Below are positions 10,582-21,537 of a stretch of DNA of 64,000 nt, piece by piece. The translations under genes were made by a program, and so were the position numbers. The DNA is taken from positions 320,001 to 384,000 of the forward strand of contig JAHQJS010000006.1 in assembly GCA_019057385.1 (NCBI GenBank), given 5' to 3'. The notes below the pieces were generated by a model. That model did not search any database. It worked only from the letters and a program-made list of their open reading frames with translations, and had not been told where the DNA came from. The first letter of the stretch is position 1, and each line of letters begins with the position of its first letter. Source of the DNA: Candidatus Borrarchaeum weybense (lineage in GTDB: Archaea > Asgardarchaeota > Sifarchaeia > Borrarchaeales > Borrarchaeaceae).

Positions 10582-11751
10582 CTACGTGGATTTGGGCGAT
10601 AGCACTTCTATTTTCTCCAGTTTGTACTTGCGACTTCCTAGTTCGATTTCTTCTGCTGCGACTAAGAGATTTTGAGGATCAATATCTTTCAGTATACCTC
10701 CTAATTTATCTGCTCCGGGCTCCATGACACCACATTCCTCTGCCATTGATCCTGGTATACCTGGTGCAGCATTGATTAGATCAATGGACGCTTGATCTAT
10801 AGCTAATGGGTCTGATGAAGCAAGGATCCCAAGATCTGGTACAATTGGGATGTCATTCCAACCTTTCTGTAAATGCTCACAATCGCAATTCCAGTCAATT
10901 TCGATTAGAAAATTAAAATTGTAGATGTTTTCTTTGCCAATAGTCTGTACAAAAGCTTTGGTGTGTTCAGCAATTGCTTTTTGTAAGAAGCTTTTTTCTG
11001 TTCTCTCCGTTTCAATGGCTTTTTGAGGGCATTTAACAACACATGCATAGCAAAAAATGCATTTTTCTTCGTCAATTACTGCTTTGTTATTTTCTTTACT
11101 AACAGCGTCAACTGGACAAGCAGTAATGCAAGGAGCGATCGAATACCCAGGCGAACCATCACAAATGCTTGGATTGACTTTTGGTTTATTTCTAAAGTGA
11201 ATTAGCCCTTTGCTTGTCTTACCTGCGCAACCCACACCAATATTTTTAATGGCGCCCGCTGGTCCAGCAAACGCGTGCCCTGTAAAATGTGCTGCACTTA
11301 TAAGAAAATCGACTTTCGTAAGCATTTTTGCTAAAGTGACTTCTTTGAAGAGGTTACCCATAACTTTTACTTTCGTTATATCTGTTCCAAATTGTCCATC
11401 TGCGATTATTATTGGTGCTAAAACTGTTTCCTGAGTAAACCCGTGAGAAGTAGCAACCTCTAAATATTTTTGGGCAGTACCACGAGGATTAGTAAGCCCT
11501 AATCCAGTAGTTTCAGCTACAAATGGCTTGGCACCCCATTTTTTTAGATGTTCTACTAATCTTCTTATGTAAAATGGGCGTAAATATCGTGTGGATAAAG
11601 GTGATCCCATATGAGTCTTTACGGCAACAAGATCGCCTTTAGAGATTTTATCTTTTAGCTCAATTTCAATTATTCGATCAAATTTGGAGATAAGGCTCTC
11701 CGCAGAACTCCTCGCTCTAGCATCTGCGAAATAAACAGTTGGTACTTCCAT
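10582..11751 (-). CDS. DUF362-domain Fe-S protein
   Basis: VAVKTHMG, HFTGH..AG..GAIKNIGVGC, ferredoxin-type CxxCxxCxxxCP, CDC and DPLAIDQA motifs. Confidence 0.88.
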   Translation of the reverse strand: MEVPTVYFADARARSSAESLISKFDRIIEIELKDKISKGDLVAVKTHMGSPLSTRYLRPFYIRRLVEHLKKWGAKPFVAETTGLGLTNPRGTAQKYLEVATSHGFTQETVLAPIIIADGQFGTDITKVKVMGNLFKEVTLAKMLTKVDFLISAAHFTGHAFAGPAGAIKNIGVGCAGKTSKGLIHFRNKPKVNPSICDGSPGYSIAPCITACPVDAVSKENNKAVIDEEKCIFCYACVVKCPQKAIETERTEKSFLQKAIAEHTKAFVQTIGKENIYNFNFLIEIDWNCDCEHLQKGWNDIPIVPDLGILASSDPLAIDQASIDLINAAPGIPGSMAEECGVMEPGADKLGGILKDIDPQNLLVAAEEIELGSRKYKLEKIEVLSPKST

Positions 11752-11910
11752 TACATTTCACCATTTGGACTTAAGTCTAATAATTCATTCAACGTTCTAT
11801 TATGGAATACCTATACATTCTAAAATGTTTAAGAGTCTTACTTTATTGCCGTTTTAGTTTTGTTTATGAAGAGCTCCTGTTGTGTATAAATCTTGTAAGG
11901 TGACTAGAAT

Positions 11911-12168
11911 TTGAAGTTAGAAAAAATAGATGAAACTGACTCTACTATTTCTTGCGATGAATGTGGTGCAAGTGCAGAAATGATGTTTTATAACGATAAT
12001 GACGAAATCATTTACTACTGTTTACATTGCTTTTTAAATAGGCACGATCGAGATAGGATTCAATGGTATAGACGTATGTGGCTGTTGAAATCAATGATGG
12101 AGTACGAAGAAAAGAAAAACAAGCCAAAACCCCCTAACTGGGGCATTCGGAGTCTATATGAAAAATAG
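11911..12168 (+). CDS. Small putative zinc-binding protein
   Basis: CDEC...CLHC pair; RBS-like AAGGTGA upstream of the TTG start. Confidence 0.6.
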   Translation: MKLEKIDETDSTISCDECGASAEMMFYNDNDEIIYYCLHCFLNRHDRDRIQWYRRMWLLKSMMEYEEKKNKPKPPNWGIRSLYEK

Positions 12169-12250
12169 TCTAATATTACGTTAATTTTAGAATAAGAAAA
12201 TGGGAAAAGAAACAACCCCCAGATATTATTCGAAATAGTTAAAAAACACA

Positions 12251-12517
12251 CTAGTTTACTTCTCGCAGCAGATAGATGTTTTGTCTCATATCACTTAAAT
12301 TGGGCAATCTCCGAATAAGCTCGCCATCTAATAATTTTTTAAGGGCATAACGTACCGTTCTGGGGGCAAGATTGCATTGACGTAAAATATCTTTCGCCGT
12401 TAACGGTCCATTCTTTTTAAGCAAATCATAAACAACTCTTGCACTCGGGGGGATTTTCTTTTCTACGGTAATCGGTCTAAATTCTCTGGATACATCAATT
12501 TCTTCAACGGCTGCCAT
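12251..12517 (-). CDS. Winged-helix transcriptional regulator
   Basis: PPSARVVYDLL..GPLT..L.PRTVRYALKKL...DMRQ.IY, typical of small archaeal wHTH proteins. Confidence 0.85.
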   Translation of the reverse strand: MAAVEEIDVSREFRPITVEKKIPPSARVVYDLLKKNGPLTAKDILRQCNLAPRTVRYALKKLLDGELIRRLPNLSDMRQNIYLLREVN

Positions 12518-12837
12518 CTATATACCTCCTATTTAAACATTATTATATCTGCATATAACTATATGTCAGAGTCATATATAAACTTTTGGTGTAAAAACCA
12601 CTAGAAAGGTTGCGATTTCAAACTATTAATGATAATCTTCAATTTGATCTAACATTTTGATGAAAAATGATTTATTAACGCCCTTTCAATCTCGTATAGG
12701 CGTCTGCAGCGAGTTTTGACTAGATTCCTATGTGACTTGCTACGCAACTTTTTAATTTTCCTAATCTAAATAATTAGATGATTCCTAATTGATTATCTTA
12801 AGAGGCCAATTTTCAAAGGTCTCACAGGGGATTAGAT

Positions 12838-13632
12838 TTGTTAGCGAAAATATTCACTCACGAAAAGCCGATAATTGGCGTAGTTCATTTACCTGCACTT
12901 CCAGGTTCACCGCATGATTCTAAAGATCTTGAAGAAATATGCGAATTTGCTATAACTGATGCACGGACACTTGAGGAAGGAGGCTGTGATGGAATCCTTA
13001 TTGAAAATTATTTCGACCAGCCTTTTCTCGAAAAAATGGCTGTTGAAACTGTTGCTTCTATGACAAAAATAGCATGTGAAATAAAAAGGAATGTTTCTTT
13101 GCCCATAGGCATAAGTGCATTGCGAAATGATCCCTTTGCTGGATTGGCAATTGCTCATGCAATAGGTGGAGAATTTATTCGTGTTAATGTATTTATAGGT
13201 ACAGCAATGGTCGGCACTGGCGTAATTCCTGGATGCGCTGCAGAGTTGTTAAGATACAGAAGCAAACTTAATTGCGATGTGCAAATTTTTGCAGATATTG
13301 ATGTAAAACATGCTACTCCTCTTGTGAAAGTACCCATTGAGCGCGAAGCAAGGGAAGCAGCCTATCGTGGAAAGGCAGATGGCTTGATTGTGACAAGTCA
13401 TGAAACAGGATCGCCTCCGCAGCTTGAGACTGTACAACGGGTAAAAAATGCAGTATTTGACGTTCCAATCATTATAGGAAGTGGGATTAATCCTGAGAAC
13501 GCAGAAGAATTTCTTGAAGTTGCAGACGGAGCGATTGTTGGGAGTTCTTTAAAAAAGAATTTAGCAAGTCCAATTGATATAAACCTAGTGAGAACATTAG
13601 TTGAAGCGATTGTGTCCCTAAGACGTGATTAA
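12838..13632 (+). CDS. BtpA/SgcQ-family TIM-barrel protein
   Basis: KPIIGVVHLPALPGSP, ENYFD, FIRVN, ADIDVKH and ADGAIVGS motifs. Confidence 0.9.
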   Translation: MLAKIFTHEKPIIGVVHLPALPGSPHDSKDLEEICEFAITDARTLEEGGCDGILIENYFDQPFLEKMAVETVASMTKIACEIKRNVSLPIGISALRNDPFAGLAIAHAIGGEFIRVNVFIGTAMVGTGVIPGCAAELLRYRSKLNCDVQIFADIDVKHATPLVKVPIEREAREAAYRGKADGLIVTSHETGSPPQLETVQRVKNAVFDVPIIIGSGINPENAEEFLEVADGAIVGSSLKKNLASPIDINLVRTLVEAIVSLRRD

Positions 13633-13634
13633 CA

Positions 13635-14240
13635 ATGAAATGGGAACAACGACATGAAGTGGCAAAAGAAGCCGCACGTCTGCTATATTATGGGTTAGCT
13701 ACGGAATATATATTTGCAAAAAAACGTGCTGCACGTTCACTTCGAGGTCCTCTCCCCAGCAATAAAGAGGTTGCCCTTGAGCTAGACAACTTAGCTGAAT
13801 CTCTCGAAGGTGATGAACGGAAAAAGCGTCTTGTAAGCATGAGAATGGAGGCACTTACGTATATGGAGTTTTTGAAAGAGTTTCAGCCGGTATTAAAAGG
13901 CAGTGTATGGCGTGGAACGATTATTACGAAAAGAAGTGATATTGATATTGTCATTTATGCAGATACTACTTCTGAACCTTTAGCCGTTCTAAATAAGCAT
14001 CAAATCCATCCAGAAATTAAGTATAACTCACGTCAAATCGGATCTATTAGCAAAACCTATATTCATCTCCTTTTCACATCTCCTTCTGGGACTAATGTGG
14101 AAATTGTTGTGCGCCCTACAGAAGATCAAGGTCTTCGTGAAATTTGTGAAGTTTTCGGTGATATAATCACAGGTTTCACTCTTTCTAAACTGGTGCGTGT
14201 CCTCAAAGAGGATCCAACAATGAAAGTTTTACCGGATTAA
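13635..14240 (+). CDS. Nucleotidyltransferase-domain protein
   Basis: GSVWRG...SDIDI pol-beta NTase motif; N-terminal VAKEAARLLY. Confidence 0.8.
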   Translation: MKWEQRHEVAKEAARLLYYGLATEYIFAKKRAARSLRGPLPSNKEVALELDNLAESLEGDERKKRLVSMRMEALTYMEFLKEFQPVLKGSVWRGTIITKRSDIDIVIYADTTSEPLAVLNKHQIHPEIKYNSRQIGSISKTYIHLLFTSPSGTNVEIVVRPTEDQGLREICEVFGDIITGFTLSKLVRVLKEDPTMKVLPD

Positions 14241-14409
14241 ATTCTCATCAAGTCACGTGGTATGTCCTTTAGACTTTTCTGCAAATAATATGGAAATCTC
14301 TATAAAGCTACTATTTCAGTTTGTTAAGCGTATCTTTTAGTCAATGTGTCCTAATTGAGTAATAATTACTTATTAGATTAGATAGATCGCTGAATACAAG
14401 ACAGTCAAG

Positions 14410-15789
14410 GTGAATTTAATGAAGAAATACTTTGGATCTTCTGGTGTTAGAGGGCTTGTAGGTAAACAAATCACGACTAATTTAGCAATGAAACTTGGAT
14501 TAGCCCTTGCTACCTATTTAGGTGAGGGGTCCTCAATATTGATCGGACGCGATGTTAGAACCTCCGGAAAGATGCTTGAACATGCATTCGTTTCAGGTTT
14601 ATTAGCTGGAAGTTGTAATGCTGAGTTAATAGGGATATTCCCTACTCCTGGTGTCGCGTATCTTACTAAAAATCTGAAAAAAGACGCTGGTATTATGATA
14701 ACAGCTTCTCATAATCCTCCACCTTATAATGGCTTTAAGTTTTTTAGTAAAAATGGGATTGCGTTCCTTCCAGAAATGGAACAAAAATTAGAAGAGATCC
14801 TTATTTCAGATATGTTCACATTTTCAAATTGGGAAAGAATAGGTACGGTGAGAAGTAGTAACTCAACTTCCCCTTATTTCGCTATGCTAAATGCCTTTTC
14901 ATTTAATAAAAAATGGCGTGTAGTGCTTGATCCAGGTTGTGGTGCAGCTTCAGTTGTTGCGCCATTAGTTTTTCGCAATGTAGGCTGTGATGTAGTATCA
15001 CTAAACGCTCAGGCTGATGGACATTTTCCAGCACGTCAGTCGGAACCAACTCCTGAAAATCTCAATGGGTTAATGGAAGCAGTATCAAGCTTAGGTGCCG
15101 ATATTGGCATCGCATACGATGGCGACGCCGATCGAATGGTTGCTATTGATGAACAAGGCAAGTTCGTACCATCAGACAAACTTTTGGCGCTTTTCGCTCG
15201 TTTCTCACTTACACAAGAGGAGCGTCAAAATAGAGAGAAGATAATTGCACTCCCTATTAACACTTCTGATGCAACAGATGAACATATTCGTGAATCCGGT
15301 GGCAAAGTCATTCGAACAAAAGTAGGTGATGTATATATCTCCCAAGCATTGCTTAAATATAATGGCATCTTCGGGGGAGAACCAATTGGAGCCTGGATTC
15401 ATCCGCAATACCATCTTTGCCCAGATGGAATTCTTTCTTCTCTTTTACTATTGAAATATCTTGATGAATTGGATTCGCCGCTTTCAACGTTGATCAAGCG
15501 AGTACCTGATAGAATCAAGTTGCGCTTAAAAATTGAATGCAGTAATGAACAAAAATCTAGAGTAATGGAATACGTCAAGAAGAAATTACCAGGTCAATTT
15601 GACACAACTGTTGATATTTTGCATCTTGATGGCATTCGTATGGATCTAAAAAATGGATGGATTTTAATAAGACCTTCAGGAACTGAACCTTTTGTACGCG
15701 TTACTGCGGAGGCAAAAGAACAAACAAACGCTAAACACATCTTAGAAATAGGTAAAAAAGTTGTTGAAGAAGCATTAACTATCATTTAA
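14410..15789 (+). CDS. glmM: Phosphoglucosamine mutase / phosphohexomutase
   Basis: FGSSGVRG, ITASHNPP, DGDADR and IRPSGTEP motifs. Confidence 0.88.
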   Translation: MNLMKKYFGSSGVRGLVGKQITTNLAMKLGLALATYLGEGSSILIGRDVRTSGKMLEHAFVSGLLAGSCNAELIGIFPTPGVAYLTKNLKKDAGIMITASHNPPPYNGFKFFSKNGIAFLPEMEQKLEEILISDMFTFSNWERIGTVRSSNSTSPYFAMLNAFSFNKKWRVVLDPGCGAASVVAPLVFRNVGCDVVSLNAQADGHFPARQSEPTPENLNGLMEAVSSLGADIGIAYDGDADRMVAIDEQGKFVPSDKLLALFARFSLTQEERQNREKIIALPINTSDATDEHIRESGGKVIRTKVGDVYISQALLKYNGIFGGEPIGAWIHPQYHLCPDGILSSLLLLKYLDELDSPLSTLIKRVPDRIKLRLKIECSNEQKSRVMEYVKKKLPGQFDTTVDILHLDGIRMDLKNGWILIRPSGTEPFVRVTAEAKEQTNAKHILEIGKKVVEEALTII

Positions 15790-15800
15790 AGTGAATTAAA

Positions 15801-16211
15801 TTATTCTTCCATTAGTAACATCTTTTCAAAGTATCTTCGAATTCTTTCGAAAAACTCATCAAAAAACTCCATTTCAACTTCGAGGGGTGAGGGTTCTTTG
15901 CGGATTTCTTCAACATTAAAGAGATTTTCCATCTCGTTAAATCCTTTTCGTAGTAGTGCCCCCATAAGCTCTTCCATAAGAATCTGAATTTGTTCTTGAG
16001 TTAATACGTCCTTCTCTATTGCTTCAGAGATAACATCTATAGACTCAGTGATCTTTCCCTGACATTTGCGGACTATCCATTGAGCTGTTGATCTATATTT
16101 AACTTCCTCAAATTCTTCTGAGATCTCTTTAAAAGAACGCCCTTCAATAAAGGCTTTTAAAACTTTTAAGTGTGCAGGAAGTTTGTTTTTCTTTTGACTC
16201 ATTGGTATCAC
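15801..16211 (-). CDS. Hypothetical helix-turn-helix protein downstream of hsp20
   Basis: EGRSFKEISEEF..YRSTAQWIV resembles an HTH; co-oriented 33 bp after hsp20. Confidence 0.6.
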   Translation of the reverse strand: MIPMSQKKNKLPAHLKVLKAFIEGRSFKEISEEFEEVKYRSTAQWIVRKCQGKITESIDVISEAIEKDVLTQEQIQILMEELMGALLRKGFNEMENLFNVEEIRKEPSPLEVEMEFFDEFFERIRRYFEKMLLMEE

Positions 16212-16244
16212 CCCGTATTAATGAACTCCGTGAACAATGGGCAC

Positions 16245-16838
16245 TTATTCAACTTTGATTTCTGTACCGCTGGTGTCATCTTCCTTTGGCTTCATTCTTT
16301 TTAGTCTAACCTCAAGAACTCCATTCTTGTAATTTGCTTTCGCTTCTTCTGGGATTACTTCAACAGGGAGGTTCAATTTTTTGTAAAATTTTTCTCCAGC
16401 TTTAATTTCGAGTTCTTTCTCTGTACCGCGCAGTTGAATCTCTTCTTTTTCGATTCCTGGAGTCTCTGCAACTATTATCACTTCATCGTTTGTTTCCATG
16501 ATGTCGACTAACGGCTGTCTCTCTTCTTTAATCTTCGGACCTCTCTTAAAATCAAAACTTGGTTTATTGCCAAATTCGCGGATTATTGGCTTCCCATCGG
16601 GACCCACACCCATTGAAAAACCAAAAATGTAAGGACCCTTCTTCTCGAAACCACTAGGTAACTTGAATTTCGGCAGGAATTTTTCAAAATCAGCCATGTC
16701 AAATGGGCGATCTCCCATTTGTTTCATCATGTCTTCCATCATTTCTCTTAAATTGTCTATCATATCAAAAGGATCCCAATTATCACGCTTTTTCTTTCTC
16801 TTTTTATCCCAATTATCCCAATCGTCTTCATCACTCAT
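16245..16838 (-). CDS. hsp20: Archaeal small heat-shock protein
   Basis: GPYIFGFSMGVGPDGKPIIREFGN, ERQPLVD and AKANYKNGVLEV motifs. Confidence 0.95.
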   Translation of the reverse strand: MSDEDDWDNWDKKRKKKRDNWDPFDMIDNLREMMEDMMKQMGDRPFDMADFEKFLPKFKLPSGFEKKGPYIFGFSMGVGPDGKPIIREFGNKPSFDFKRGPKIKEERQPLVDIMETNDEVIIVAETPGIEKEEIQLRGTEKELEIKAGEKFYKKLNLPVEVIPEEAKANYKNGVLEVRLKRMKPKEDDTSGTEIKVE

Positions 16839-16976
16839 TTTTTTCCACCGGCTTGTTATTCAATATAAACAGATATTTCTGTACAGTTCAATATTTATAT
16901 CTTAACTAGGCTTAAAGTCTATATAAAGTTTTTTAAACCACTTAATATTATTATTTATTGAATATTCCATAAACAC

Positions 16977-17038
16977 AAGGTTTATAAACTTCGTCGTACA
17001 GACTTTTATGTACCATGACTGAATCGCGCGCATGCGCG
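16977..17038 (+). promoter_or_regulatory. cdc48 promoter: TATA box plus palindromic elements
   Basis: AAGG-TTTATAAA at 16977-16988, GTACA-N8-TGTAC at 16996-17013, and a perfect 12-bp palindrome CGCGCATGCGCG at 17027-17038. Confidence 0.5.
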
Positions 17039-17069
17039 AGATTATTATTTAATATGAGGTGAAAATATT

Positions 17070-19301
17070 ATGGAAAATTCTAGTGATTTAACACTACGAG
17101 TCTTAGAGGCTAGACAGAGAGACGTAGGACGAGGAATTGCACGAATAGATCAGAGTGTAATGACTGCAGCGAATCTTAGCTCTGGAGACGTTATTGAGAT
17201 TACTGGTAAGAGAAAAACAGCAGCTCTCGTATGGCCAGGTTATCCAGATGACACTGGTACTGAATCAATACGTGTTGACAAGGCAACAAGAAGCAACGCT
17301 GGAGTAACAATTGATGATAAGGTGACGATAACTAAGGTTCAAGCAAGACCCGCAGAAAAAATAACATTTGCCCCTACTGAACCCTTGAGATTGATGGGAG
17401 GGGAAATATACTTAAGCAGGCTCTTACAAGGACGCCCAATAACGAAGGGCGATCGCATTCGATTTGCGATTATGGGCAGACCTATTGAACTTGTAGTAAC
17501 TGCAATTCAACCCTCAAACGTAGCTATAATAGTCAACTCCGATACACAAATTATTTTGAAAGCTGAACCTGCCAAAGAAATGGAGCGACGAATTCCAGCC
17601 GTTTCGTATGAAGATGTTGGTGGTTTAGGATCTGAAATTCAGAAAGTTCGCGAAATGATTGAATTACCACTTAAACATCCTGAACTTTTTGAGCGACTTG
17701 GAATCGAGCCACCCAAGGGTGTCTTGTTACATGGTCCTCCTGGGACTGGGAAAACTCTTTTGGCTAAGGCGGTTGCTAATGAGACAGATGCATACTTCAT
17801 TAACTTATCTGGTCCTGAAGTTATGAGTAAGTTTTATGGGGAATCGGAAGCCCGTGTTCGCGAAATCTTTAAAGAAGCAGAAGATAACGCACCTAGTATT
17901 ATATTTCTAGACGAATTAGATGCTATCGCGCCAAAACGAGAAGAAGTGACAGGAGAAGTCGAGCGAAGAGTAGTTGCACAACTTTTGGCTTTAATGGATG
18001 GCCTAGAATCACGAGGACAAGTAATTGTTATCGGGGCGACCAATCGAGTGAATTCATTAGATCCCGCATTGAGAAGAGGTGGACGTTTCGATAGGGAAAT
18101 TGAAATTGGCGTACCAGGTAAAAATGGTCGATTAGAGATCTTTCAAATTCATACGCGTGGCATGCCTCTTACAGAGGATGTGGACTTAGAGAAACTAGCT
18201 GAGATTACACATGGATTTGTAGGGGCAGATATATCGACTTTAGCTAAGGAAGCTGCTATGATTTCATTACGAAGAATACTACCACAAATCGACTTAGACG
18301 CAGTAGAACTACCTGTATCGGTGCTTGAGTCAATTGAAGTTACACAAAACGACTTTTTGGAAGCATTAAAAGATATTGAGCCATCAGCTATGCGAGAAGT
18401 CTTTGTTGAGGTCGCCAATGTCCATTGGGAAGATATTGGAGGTCTTGAATTACCTAAGCAAGAATTAAAAGAGGCCGTTGAATGGCCCCTCAAATTTCCA
18501 GAAGTCTTTGAAGCGACAAATACGCAACCACCAAAAGGAATTCTTTTATTTGGCCCCCCAGGTACCGGCAAGACACTTTTAGCAAAAGCCGTCGCCAATG
18601 AATCAGAGGCAAACTTCATCTCAATCAAAGGCCCAGAAGTTTTGTCGAAATGGGTGGGTGAATCAGAACGAGCGGTTCGTGAAACATTCAGAAAAGCAAG
18701 GCAAGCAGCACCAACAATTATTTTCTTCGATGAACTAGATGCAATAACTCCTCACAGAGGCATGGGTTTTGGTGATTCTCATGTCACTGAGCGTGTCATT
18801 AGTCAGATCCTGACTGAACTGGATGGACTCGTGGAACTGGAGAATGTCGTTGTGCTCGGAGCAACTAACCGACCTGATATAATCGACGCTGCTCTATTGC
18901 GACCAGGACGGTTTGACAGACTAATCTATGTGCCTGCACCCGACAAAGACGCCAGAGAAGCAATATTTAAGATCCATCTCAAAGGTAAACCACTTGCAGA
19001 CGACGTTGATATTACAAAGTTGGCAGAATTGACAGAAGATTATGTTGGATCCGATATTGCCTCAGTTTGTCGAGAAGCAGTGATGTTAGCAATCCGCGAA
19101 TTCTTCGAATCTGGTATTTCGAAAGAGCGCGTAAAAGAGGAGGCTAAATATGTCAAAGTGTTCGATAAACACATCCTAGACGCATTAAAGAAAGTGAAAC
19201 CAAGCGGAACAAAAAATCTTAAAATATACGAAGCATTCATCGAACAGGGTGCACTAGATCGAAGAAAATCAGGAGCAGAACCCGTGCCGTTCTATCGCTA
19301 G
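17070..19301 (+). CDS. cdc48: CDC48/VCP-family AAA+ ATPase
   Basis: N-domain [11 protein letters not shown], two GPPGTGKT Walker A motifs, aromatic C-terminal tail PFYR. Confidence 0.97.
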   Translation: MENSSDLTLRVLEARQRDVGRGIARIDQSVMTAANLSSGDVIEITGKRKTAALVWPGYPDDTGTESIRVDKATRSNAGVTIDDKVTITKVQARPAEKITFAPTEPLRLMGGEIYLSRLLQGRPITKGDRIRFAIMGRPIELVVTAIQPSNVAIIVNSDTQIILKAEPAKEMERRIPAVSYEDVGGLGSEIQKVREMIELPLKHPELFERLGIEPPKGVLLHGPPGTGKTLLAKAVANETDAYFINLSGPEVMSKFYGESEARVREIFKEAEDNAPSIIFLDELDAIAPKREEVTGEVERRVVAQLLALMDGLESRGQVIVIGATNRVNSLDPALRRGGRFDREIEIGVPGKNGRLEIFQIHTRGMPLTEDVDLEKLAEITHGFVGADISTLAKEAAMISLRRILPQIDLDAVELPVSVLESIEVTQNDFLEALKDIEPSAMREVFVEVANVHWEDIGGLELPKQELKEAVEWPLKFPEVFEATNTQPPKGILLFGPPGTGKTLLAKAVANESEANFISIKGPEVLSKWVGESERAVRETFRKARQAAPTIIFFDELDAITPHRGMGFGDSHVTERVISQILTELDGLVELENVVVLGATNRPDIIDAALLRPGRFDRLIYVPAPDKDAREAIFKIHLKGKPLADDVDITKLAELTEDYVGSDIASVCREAVMLAIREFFESGISKERVKEEAKYVKVFDKHILDALKKVKPSGTKNLKIYEAFIEQGALDRRKSGAEPVPFYR

Positions 19302-19307
19302 TTAGCC

Positions 19308-19324
19308 TCTTTTTTATTTTTTTT
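19308..19324 (+). terminator. Oligo-T terminator after cdc48
   Basis: CTTTTTTTATTTTTTTT run just after the stop codon, between convergent genes. Confidence 0.55.
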
Positions 19325-19391
19325 AATTGACCATGCTTTCTAAATTAGATTATTCTTCGCAACTAAAAAAAATGATCAAAAAAATTTTGTA

Positions 19392-20606
19392 TTATTTAAT
19401 TCCTTTTGCGCTAACTATTTTTATGATATCGCCATCGCTTAATTCGTGGTTTTCGCCAAGTCTTTTTCCAGTACGTGCATCTACTGCATGTATAAAGGTC
19501 TCTGCAAGGTCAGTATGAATCTTTCCTGCAAATTCTTTAGCAGTTGTGCCTCTTTTAACCAGATATACATCAGGTAATACTCTTCCCTCTGAATCTGCAA
19601 ATTTCGTCGTATCATGTACTGGGTATACAGCAATCATATCTAAAAGTTCAAAAACCGCTTTTTCTAGCGCTGCTTGAACACCAGTAGATCCATATTTTGC
19701 TAAAATTTCTGTCTGAATTCGTTCAAGGCTTGCTTTTTCTTTATCAGAAATGGCATCAGATTTCTTGACTTTAAAAGACTTTTCACCGGATTTATACTCA
19801 ATCACATTCTTTTCATCTAATTTCTTTAATGCATACTCACAAAGAGCGCAGGTTGGTACAACTATGTAGCCTTCATTTTCTAACTCTAATAAACTGTTTA
19901 GGTATTTTTCTGAAGTTGGCATATCAATCTTGTTAGCGATAATTATCATAGGCTTCGAAATCTTTCGTAAGACTTCAACAAAATTGAATAATTCCTCATC
20001 AGACCAATTCACCGGCTTTTCTTTACTCACACTCTCTTCTCTGAGTGCCCAACGGATGTGGCTTCGTGTTATTCCCAATCCAGAAAGCTTATCTGCTAAT
20101 GGCTCATCGATTTCTTTCCGAGCCGATTCTGCATGTCTAGTTAATCTATTCCAGTCCTTTTGGATTATTTGGAGAAACCACATATTGATTTCTCTCTCAA
20201 GAAAACTAATATCTTGCTTAGGATCATAACTTCCCGCTTCAATTGGTTGCCCATCTGCATCTATTGAACCGGAGGCATCTAATACATGAATTAACACATC
20301 TGCTTGTCTTAGATCGTCAAGGAATTGATTACCTAGACCTTTTCCTTGCCAGGCGTCAGGAACAAGACCGGCAACGTCAATAAGTTCGACTGGTATATGA
20401 CGTATCCCTTCCATACATAATGAGTTGACTGGTGTATCTTCTACGCCTAAATCTACATGAGGACATGGTTTCCTAACATATGCAATTCCCTGATTAGGTT
20501 CAATTGTAGTGAAAGGGTAACTAGCCACTTTTGCGTCAGTTAGACAGGCGGCGTTCAAAAAGCTCGTTTTTCCGCTACTCGGTTTACCAACAATTCCAAC
20601 GATCAT
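19392..20606 (-). CDS. ychF: Obg-family ATPase YchF (archaeal)
   Basis: GKPSSGKT, YPFTTIEPN, DVAGLV, GLGNQFLDDL, NKID motifs and a C-terminal TGS domain. Confidence 0.93.
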   Translation of the reverse strand: MIVGIVGKPSSGKTSFLNAACLTDAKVASYPFTTIEPNQGIAYVRKPCPHVDLGVEDTPVNSLCMEGIRHIPVELIDVAGLVPDAWQGKGLGNQFLDDLRQADVLIHVLDASGSIDADGQPIEAGSYDPKQDISFLEREINMWFLQIIQKDWNRLTRHAESARKEIDEPLADKLSGLGITRSHIRWALREESVSKEKPVNWSDEELFNFVEVLRKISKPMIIIANKIDMPTSEKYLNSLLELENEGYIVVPTCALCEYALKKLDEKNVIEYKSGEKSFKVKKSDAISDKEKASLERIQTEILAKYGSTGVQAALEKAVFELLDMIAVYPVHDTTKFADSEGRVLPDVYLVKRGTTAKEFAGKIHTDLAETFIHAVDARTGKRLGENHELSDGDIIKIVSAKGIK

Positions 20607-20856
20607 TTCATCATCTCAAGTTTTTTCGGGTTTGTGAAACTGAGTGTCAAAACAAAATGAAGATCGCAACTAAGATATAATCTTATTGTGCAGATGTATG
20701 ATCATTATGTTGAAGTTATATCTCAGTGTGTTCTTCTTTTTCAGATGAGTTCTCCTCATAACGCAAAATAATACGGTCTTCCGTATCTCGAAAGGTTTTG
20801 AGTTGCCCATTATTCATAACTGATGTAACTGAGAATTTGATTTCACCTTTCAATCG

Positions 20857-21350
20857 TCATTGAGATGATTCATCTTCTCTTTTGGATTTAAAAACTAAAA
20901 GAAAACTAATCTCATGTTCACCAGTCTCAATAGCTCCATCGAAAAAGACAACTTCTCGCTCAGTAAGTGAATCATCGTCGACTGATATCCGGAGTGGTTT
21001 GTCATCGAGTTGTAAGTACGCTCTCCACAATATTAGATCTGTAACTGTGTTAAGGTGAGACAGGAGCAACTTAGAACCGCCTGGCACACGATGTATTTCA
21101 AGATGTTCCCTCAGTTCGACAGCAATATTTTCAGGCATATCATTGATTGGACCGTCGCGAAAAACTCGTCAAAAGTCTGGAAACCACTAAAATACCCTCC
21201 TCCTGCTTGATGTGTCCAATCTGTGCCTATATATCTTAATCAAGAGGACTCAATTTCAAGATCCATCCAATGATCGTCACGCCTATATAGATACCATTTC
21301 CACTTGTGGTTAGGAACTTGTGAATAATCCCAGATTATTTTTTCGCTCAT
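20857..21350 (-). pseudogene. Disrupted hypothetical gene (includes track ORF 20857..21138)
   Basis: ATG at 21350 with GGAG RBS reads MSEKIIWDY..., with an in-frame TGA at 21240-21242 and an apparent frameshift near 21160 joining the 93-aa ORF. Confidence 0.55.
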
Positions 21351-21537
21351 TTAAAACTCCTTATTAGGGTTTGTACTAACTCTCTCATTTTAGTTTTTTG
21401 TAGTACCCTATTTGATGATCTTCTAGATATTGTTAGTTTGAATTATATCTTAGGATGATGGTACTTTAGCTTTATAAATTGAAAAAATTCTGTAAATACG
21501 CGAGGATTTGAGTTATACAGCAGTCTCTTACCTAATA

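Noticed and set aside
20668-20715. dif/Xer-like half sites (TAAGATATAA, TTATGTTGAA) at the island edge
   Set aside because: Spacing does not fit an 11-6-11 site and no recombinase is nearby.
21240-21242. In-frame TGA as another possible selenocysteine
   Set aside because: No Cys-motif context, an accompanying frameshift and no SECIS seen; better explained as pseudogenisation.
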